From Octopus vulgaris (taxonomy: Eukaryota): a DNA stretch of 64,000 bases. Below the pieces are notes generated by a model that saw only the letters and a program-made list of their open reading frames with translations, ran no database searches and was not told the origin of the DNA. Made by a program: the position numbers and the translations under genes. Numbering within the stretch: the first letter of the stretch is position 1; every line of letters starts with the position of its first letter. Below, in pieces: positions 56,281 through 64,000 of the stretch. Location of the stretch: assembly GCA_951406725.2 (NCBI GenBank), contig OX597830.1, forward strand, positions 73,036,001 to 73,100,000, written 5' to 3'.

Positions 56281-56628
56281 TGGTGCCAAAGATTCCAACA
56301 TCACCATCAAAATACAGGTCCAGATACTGCAACAGCTTGGGTTTCAGAACCACAGCTCTTTAACATCCTCCCTAAATGCCTGAGAGACTTACATGGTGTG
56401 GATGTGGGTTTCTTTAAAACTAAACTGGATCTCTTCTTGTTGGGAGTCCCAGATGAACCTACCTCACGACAGGAGACGCGGATGCGGGCAGCAGCATCGA
56501 ACTCCCTTGTTGATCAAGTGCCACGTATCAGAGGTGGATTCACATATTAGTGTAGTTCATTCAGCGGTGGTGCCCCAGCATGGCCGCGGCCTTCGGGCTA
56601 AAACATTTTTAAGGATTTAAGGATTTAA

Positions 56629-56631
<3 letters not shown>
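56277..56631 (+). mobile_element. CR1/L2-group LINE 3' end (ORF2 C-terminus, 3' UTR, TTTAAGGA tail)
   Basis: Translation PQLFNILPKCLRDL...FKTKLDLFL..VPDEP...RAAASNSLVDQ resembles the (W/F)NxLP...FKxxLD end of CR1-group ORF2; exact clade not determined. Confidence 0.8.
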
Positions 56632-56721
<90 letters not shown>

Positions 56722-56726
<5 letters not shown>

Positions 56727-56871
56727 AATGAAATAAAACATATGCATATATATAAACATATATGTACGTACCTACCTCTACATGTGCATATACACGCATA
56801 TATGAGTACAGGACACCAAAGGGACGTCGAACACAAAGAGAAACGAAAACATAGACACAAACCAAAGGAAC

Positions 56872-56877
<6 letters not shown>
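56722..56877. mobile_element. Repeat family E fragment in (TA)n
   Basis: Nearly identical to 35340-35490. Confidence 0.75.
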
Positions 56878-56943
<66 letters not shown>

Positions 56944-57309
56944 ATTTATGTCCGTGTCTCTTTGTGTCTGTTTGCCCCACATCCCTCCAAAGCTTGACAA
57001 CCGACGTTGGTGCGAAAATTAGTGGTTCGGCAAAAGAGGCCGAGAGAGTAAGTATTAGGCTTACAAAGAGTAAGACTTGGGGTCGATTTCTTCGACTAAA
57101 GGTGGTGCTGCAACATGGCCGCAGTCAAATGAATGAATCATGTAACAGAGTTAAAGAATATGTGTACATGCATGTGTCTGTGTATGTATAATATGTTTAC
57201 ATTATACACATACCTATATATTTAATATTCGTTCATGTACGAAGATAAGATTATCCATATGAAAATACATCTATGCTTTTGCTGGATGTATCTAAATGCA
57301 TATATATAA

Positions 57310-57353
<44 letters not shown>

Positions 57354-57507
57354 GTATTTGTGTGTGTGTAGCAATGTGTGTCTGCATGATTGTACACGTG
57401 TGTATGTTTACGTGTATATATATATACGTATCTGCTTTACTGTAGCCTATATAAAGGTATATATATATATATACATACATATATACATATATACATATAT
57501 ATACATA

Positions 57508-57585
<78 letters not shown>

Positions 57586-57588
57586 CAT

Positions 57589-57619
<31 letters not shown>

Positions 57620-57723
57620 GATATATATATATCATATATTATATGATATATATACATACATACATATATATATATATGTGTATATATATGTATAGACACA
57701 CATACACCCCCCCACACATACAT

Positions 57724-57774
<51 letters not shown>

Positions 57775-58323
57775 TATACATACATACACACATTCATACA
57801 CAGACGAACTCACAGGAGGATATGAATATCGTAGATGAGCGTTTAGCAAAACAGCTGGTGGCACAGCTGAGAGATAAGGCCTGCTGAACCGACTTTCACA
57901 ATATGAAGCAATCTTCATTAAGAATGCTAATGTGTTTACAATAACCTAACAGCTGTACGGGAGAAATCATATTTCCGAGACACCGCTGCGCCCTTTGCTA
58001 TTACAGTATTCTATTAGTGTTGTTCTTATTCTTGATAATATTTTCTGTTTGTTAGTGTTGTTGTTTTAAATCCCCAGTTGCTTCATGAAAAACGACGTAC
58101 ACAAAATGTAGAGGCTAAGAGTAGTCTACCCTTGAAACGTATTCCCAGCATAATGCTTTCCCAACGAAGCAAGCTTTGTTATTTATTTACTTATTTATTT
58201 ATCTATTTATTTATTTATTTATTTATTTATTTATTGCTAGGCGAGGATTCACACGAGAAGCTCCAAGCGGAACTTACTATGTGCTTAGCTTTATCTGGCT
58301 GGCAATCTATATGTATGTGTGGT

Positions 58324-58387
<64 letters not shown>

Positions 58388-58393
58388 CCTATC

Positions 58394-58461
<68 letters not shown>

Positions 58462-58462
<1 letters not shown>

Positions 58463-58816
58463 AAAAGAAATTAATACTGAGAGTTGCTTATTTGCAAAAA
58501 AAAAAAGAAATATAACATGTGACTTCATTGACCGAGGTTACCGTGGTCTTTTCCGTAGGCTTTTCTTTCCACGGGTAAACCTCACCTGTCCTCCCCTTTA
58601 CACTTCATATTGACATATCTGTGATAACGATCCCTATTGATCAATTTTTTCCTCCCCCCCTTTTTATTTTATTCCCCCCTTTTTTTGTCCTCTTTCTTTC
58701 CCTTTACAATCCCTTTTGATCGAAAACCAAACCCCCTTTTTTTACCCCCAAAAGAAAAGCTCTACCTTGTAATTTTGTCCTGTCTGTGTGCAGCCCTGTG
58801 TGGCTAATAAAGAAAC

Positions 58817-58817
<1 letters not shown>
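58462..58817 (+). mobile_element. Tx1/L1-like LINE 3' UTR only, in (TATC)n
   Basis: Near-identical to 50045-50430; (TATC)n on both sides. Confidence 0.85.
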
Positions 58818-58861
<44 letters not shown>

Positions 58862-59374
58862 TTATCTATCTATCTATCCATTTATATATCCCTTTTTCTG
58901 TCTATCTGTTTATAGATCTAACTATCTGTTTGTCTCTTTCTTCTTGTCTGTCTATATCTATCTTTCTATCAATCTTTCTCTCTTTGTATTAGTCTATCTA
59001 TATATCTATCAATCCATTTTTCCACCCGTTAATCTGTCTATCTATCTATCTATCTTGACAGAAGCATGGAAAATATACGGGAACTTTTGCATTACAGAAT
59101 AGTCTCAACTAGGGGGGATTCTCAGACGATGTAACGCAAAACGCCAGATTATTTTTCAAGATCTCTATGATTGATGGAAGACAAGTTTGGATATTCTCAG
59201 GCCCAAAATAAGTCCCAATGCTTGCAAAAAGGTCGAGCTTACTTAAAGATACACTTAAAAGTAGAGCCCACCCCTGTATTATATTTTTATTATTTGCATT
59301 GCGTTTGTTTTATTAAAAAAATAATAATTAGCAAAATATATGCAAAATTGCTTCAGATTTTGCACAAATCCAAC

Positions 59375-59548
59375 AATTTTGATGTTTGTGGAAAAACCGA
59401 TTATATCGGCCCAAGTTCTCAAATGTTAATTATTTCATTGGTCTTGAAATACGACCTCAGCGGAATTTGAACCCACAACGTATTAAATCGGAAGAAATAA
59501 TGTTAAGAACATTTTCAGATAGTCTAACAATTTTGCCAGCTCGCTGCC
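59375..59548 (-). mobile_element. SINE family B, old copy
   Basis: CGACCTCAGCGGAATTTGAAC...TGCCAGCTCGCTGCC. Confidence 0.65.
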
Positions 59549-60012
59549 TTTACTTTTATGTAATATTGTAAACATTGCATACGTGAGAGGTTTTGGTGAG
59601 CATGGGTATATACTTATCGAAAATGCGCTGTAGGACCTACAGCGATGAAGCCAGTTCAACGAAAGAGGAGCAAAGTAAAGTGGTTGACATTTTCTTCTTA
59701 ACACTTACCTGAATATTTAAATCGACCACCTCGAAAGCCATATGAGCAGCGTTCCATGATGTCCTAGGTCCATGAATACATGAATATAGTAGTGATTATA
59801 TATACGTATAGATATATGTTTATATATCTATTTATATTCATACACGTATATGCATAGATTTTTTAATACATATGCAAACATACAGCCACACTCACTACAT
59901 ATATATATATACATATATATACATATATATATATACATACATATATATATATATATAAATATATATATATACATATATATACACACATATACATATATAT
60001 ACACACATATAC

Positions 60013-60068
<56 letters not shown>

Positions 60069-60688
60069 GCATGTAAGTATATAGATCACCGGCCGCCGTT
60101 ACACTGTTACAGTAAAGTTGTGTGGCCAATGTATAGCAAGTCTACCAAAGGTAACAAAAATAAAAGAAATTAAAAAAAAAAATTAAATATTAAATACATA
60201 AAACACAAATCTAAGACGAAACAAAAACAAAAATTAATCAAAACTCTAAGGAAAAAAAAATGAAAAGAAAACCTACAAAACACTAACAGTTGTGATCATC
60301 AGGGATTTCTTATTTTATTACCCTTAAATATACAGAACATTCCAGCAAAGTTTTCATAGGTTCCTACTTCCTGTATAGATTCTTATTTATTGTATTCACG
60401 TCTTGACATCTTAATGTGGGCAGCTGATAGTTCTTCTCTCTTATAAGGTTTCATGATATATTGTTTTCTTCGTATTTTATCTGGTCTGTGTTTTTTAGTT
60501 GTGTTTTTTTGGCGTTGGTATTTGTTGATAGTGTTATATTTTATTCATTCTTTTAAATTTATTTTCCCAACATTTGACTTACGTTTTCTACCGGAGAATT
60601 GACTCTCTGAATATTACCGAATCTCTCTGATTTTCTGCCTAGCCAACCTCTTTATTCATTCATTTATTTATTTTATTTATTTATCTAT

Positions 60689-60720
<32 letters not shown>

Positions 60721-61457
60721 GTTGTTTTCTTTTCTTTTTGTGTGTTTTCAGTAACCTCATTCAAGGACACAGTACAGAAATCAGCAAACATGGCGAACTT
60801 GTTATTTCCGGATTTAGAATGTAAGGTGGATTAAAGTGTTCTGAAAAATTTGTGTGTATGTGTGGATGAGGAAGGTGTTTGTGTGCAGAAATATGTATGA
60901 ACATAGGTCTGCTTTTGAACGTTTATATTTAACTAGTGGGGCCCCGGGGAATATTTCAAGGAATTAATGGCAGACCTATTGGGTTATTTCTGAAAACTTT
61001 ATCTCAAAAACCTGAAAAAGTAGCCTAGTGGCAACAACAATCTCATCGCACTGTCTCCAATGAATCCTCAACATCCAACTTCGATTGGAAAATGCTCTGA
61101 TTTCAAGCGTACGTCCTCATATTCTTCGAGGAAGTGTTTATAACGGTCGATCTCACGAATCACGCAGCGTCCATGTTATCATTATGAGGAGCCGTTAACT
61201 CTAATGGATTTACTGCTTTCTTTTTCTCACACCATATTATGATATCTGATTCTTTCATAATTGGAATAGGGAAGAATTCTTGGCACCTTGGTAAATGTAT
61301 GTATGTATGTATGAATGTATGTATGTATGTATGTATGTATGTATGTATGTATGTATGTATGTATGTATGTATGTATGTGTGTGTGTATGTGTATGTGTGT
61401 GTATATATATATATGTATATATATATATATTTATATACATATATATATATATGCATA

Positions 61458-62292
61458 TCTACTACAAATGTGGGAAGTTCTGTCTGTGGGTGTATTGTGT
61501 TGTTAGCTAACTACTCCTATACCGTTGTATCAATTTTGATGAAACTTGACACGTTAGTAGAACTCATGTCTGCAAACCTCATGGCACACTCAGATTGTTG
61601 AAAAATATCGATGATAGGGCTCCTGGAAGGGATCCTTATATATAGCCAAGGGAAATAGTCCATTCATTTTCCTAAATGATTTAGTATAACTCAAATTGAG
61701 TATGCTTATTTCTTAGTATTTGAACTGTTAGAGTTATTTTCGCAATTTATCCGGCACAACACTTAAACAAGTAAATAGTATTTTCCTAAGCAATAGATCC
61801 TCTTATTTCGGCGAGTGACTTATTCACGAATATACCAACACTGAGGATAATATTCTCTGGAAACGTGCAAAAGTTCTTTCCTGAGTTATTGTCTTTGAAT
61901 TGTTAATGTCTCATATCTCATTAGTCTGTTATTACGTAACATGCTTCTCGATTTTAGTTTACATACCTTATTAGTAGATTCTCCCATGTTCTATATACTC
62001 CAGAAGCGTATTAAAGTCCTTTTCGGGCTATTTTATTTGAATTCTTACTTTCGGGTAACTAATTTCATGTTATTACATAACTGACTTCAAAATTTGGGTA
62101 TTCATAACTTATTGGAACTTCCTAAAAAGAAGATCTTGTGTAAGACAACTGAAGATTCCCTGTAAATGCACAAAAAGCCGTTTTACGAGCTATATACTTT
62201 GTATTGTTGTTATTGGATTATCGAAACAATTATGAGACTGGAACCAAGGGATAAGCCCCGCTTCCTCGGGAATTACCGGATGCGTCATCTAG
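61458..62292 (+). mobile_element. Complete non-autonomous Helitron (same family as 2491-3590)
   Basis: A|TC start, subterminal GC-rich hairpin region, CTAG|T end; colinear with the reverse complement of 2491-3590 minus its nested insert. Confidence 0.85.
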
Positions 62293-62375
<83 letters not shown>

Positions 62376-62399
62376 GCTCAAGTTTATATATAGTTCAGA

Positions 62400-62848
62400 T
62401 TTACAGAAAAAACAAAAGACAAAGACAGGTGTAGAAACAATAAGCAGGTTTGACGCTCGGGAAAAATGGAAAAGTCTTTTACGTTTCGCACCTACGTTCT
62501 TCAACAGAAAGAAATACGATGAAAAAAAAAATGGAGAGAGAATGAAAGAAAAAAACATGGATAGAGAAAAAAAACTGTAGAGTTCAGCGCTCCCACAGAG
62601 GCATATGACTGGAAAAGCATGCTGGAAAAAGGAGAAAAAAAGTTAATAAGGAGAGAGAATGGCAAAGTTATTAATGTACGGAGTTTAAGAGTTCAGTAAG
62701 TTGTGAAAGTTCAAAAGTCGTGGTAGATTAGAGAGATTTACATGTACGAAAATAGCCAGAGAGATCTGAGAAAGTAGAGTCGAAAAGTGTACGAAGATCC
62801 TGTTGGTAATCCGGGTGGAGTACTGGTATGTGGGTGAGGAGTGGTGTT
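62400..62848 (-). mobile_element. Repeat family D copy with extra adjoining sequence (Penelope-like)
   Basis: 62400-62560 matches family D; minus strand TCTTT-CTGTTGA-A-GAAC-GTAG-GTGC-GAAA-CG-TA-AAAGA. Confidence 0.6.
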
Positions 62849-62849
62849 A

Positions 62850-62927
<78 letters not shown>

Positions 62928-63039
62928 GTGAAGTCTGGCGTAGCATGGTAAATTCCATTGTCTCGACCACGGTCGAAGAATGATGATGATGATGATCTAT
63001 CTATCTATCTGGCTATCTATCTTTCTATCTATCTATCTG

Positions 63040-63088
<49 letters not shown>

Positions 63089-63651
63089 TTATCTATCAGT
63101 CTTTCTGTCCGTCTGTCTGTCTGTCTGTCTCTCTCTATCTCTCGCACTCTCTATCTATCTATTTATCTATCTATCTATACACACAAATGTATACCGTATA
63201 CATGCATGTGTATATTTATGTTCGTGTATTTATGAGCGTGTTTGTGTGATGTGTATGTGTATGTGTGTGTGTGTGAGGTGTGTGTGTGTGTTTGTGTGTG
63301 TGTGTTTGTGTGTGTGTGTTTGTGTGTGTGTATGTGTGTGTGAGATGTGTTTGTGTATTTGTGTGTGTGTGTGTATGAAGGGACACTCTTGTCCTTGCTA
63401 TTTACTAAAATCAATCACGTTTGCCACTACTCGAAGGATCAGCTCGAGGTTACACGAAAGAAGACAGTCAAACGCACTCAGCCATTTTACCTGGAGAAGC
63501 CACGTACGAAAAGCCACCGTTGGTTCCCGGAGATGGAGATTCTAGGATATTTACTTCGCTTGCTTGTAATGTTTGTTGTCGCTTTCACTGTAGCTGTTGT
63601 TTTTGCTATAGTTTTGATTTAACCACTGTTTAACCTAACTGAACATCTATG

Positions 63652-64000
63652 GGATCTTTTCGGTTTGACCGGCAGTTTTTTAAATAATTTCCACGTAACT
63701 AGACACTTTTAAACTTTGTATACTGGTAGAATGTATTTATAAAACATCTTTTTCTCTTGGCTTTATTGAGAAAATTCTATAGTTTGTAAGATATTTGTTG
63801 TTTTTTCTTCAGTTTCTGCAATTTCAAACAATCAATGACGTCTATTGAGATAAAACACATTCTGTGCCGTATGAATATGTCCCTCGTTTAAGAAACAGAT
63901 TGGATTTATTTACATTTGTGAAGAAAAAAATATACCCTTCCCCCCACCCCTAACCCTAATTAACCCTAACTAACCTTAAATAACCTTAATCCTAAGTCAG
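63652..64000. mobile_element. Second Merlin-like MITE copy, opposite orientation, running off the window end
   Basis: GGATCTTTTCGGTTTGACCGGCAG TIR; body is the reverse complement of about 25240-25544. Confidence 0.85.

Larger units (their letters stand above)
56063..57160 (+). mobile_element. SINE family A split by nested insertions in its internal (TA)n
   Basis: Head at 56063-56222 and tail at about 56950-57160, separated by LINE and family E fragments. Confidence 0.85.

Noticed and set aside
57940-57990. Hammerhead-like GGAGAAA-TCATA-TTTCC-GAGAC
   Set aside because: Both core boxes are too degenerate to call.
63945-63995. Telomere at the window end
   Set aside because: The degenerate CCCTAA units are internal to the Merlin-like MITE; the copy at 25135 has the equivalent segment.

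Overview
AT-rich eukaryotic (animal) non-coding DNA saturated with microsatellites ((TA)n, (CA)n, (TATC)n, (TATG)n, (TAA)n, (CT)n), with one 100-N assembly gap at 44574-44673. The SINE families and repeat density suggest a cephalopod (Octopus-like) genome; this is inference. No intact host gene is evident, and nearly all ORFs in the track are translations of simple repeats. Contents: about 40 copies of three tRNA-headed SINE families (here called A, B, C); decayed LINE fragments (Tx1/L1-like, CR1/L2-group, R4/Dong, RTE); Penelope-like remnants with minimal hammerhead-like motifs; four non-autonomous Helitrons; two dead mariners; hAT and Merlin-like MITEs. The most interesting pattern is that retroelements appear to divide the microsatellites among themselves. 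A Tx1-like LINE occurs only in (TATC)n, a CR1-group LINE only in (TA)n, and Dong-like LINEs mostly in (TAA)n. Two SINE families share 3' tails with the Tx1-like and CR1-group LINEs, and SINE A carries an internal (TA)n tract that receives further insertions. Coordinates were read by eye and are approximate, especially for degenerate copies.
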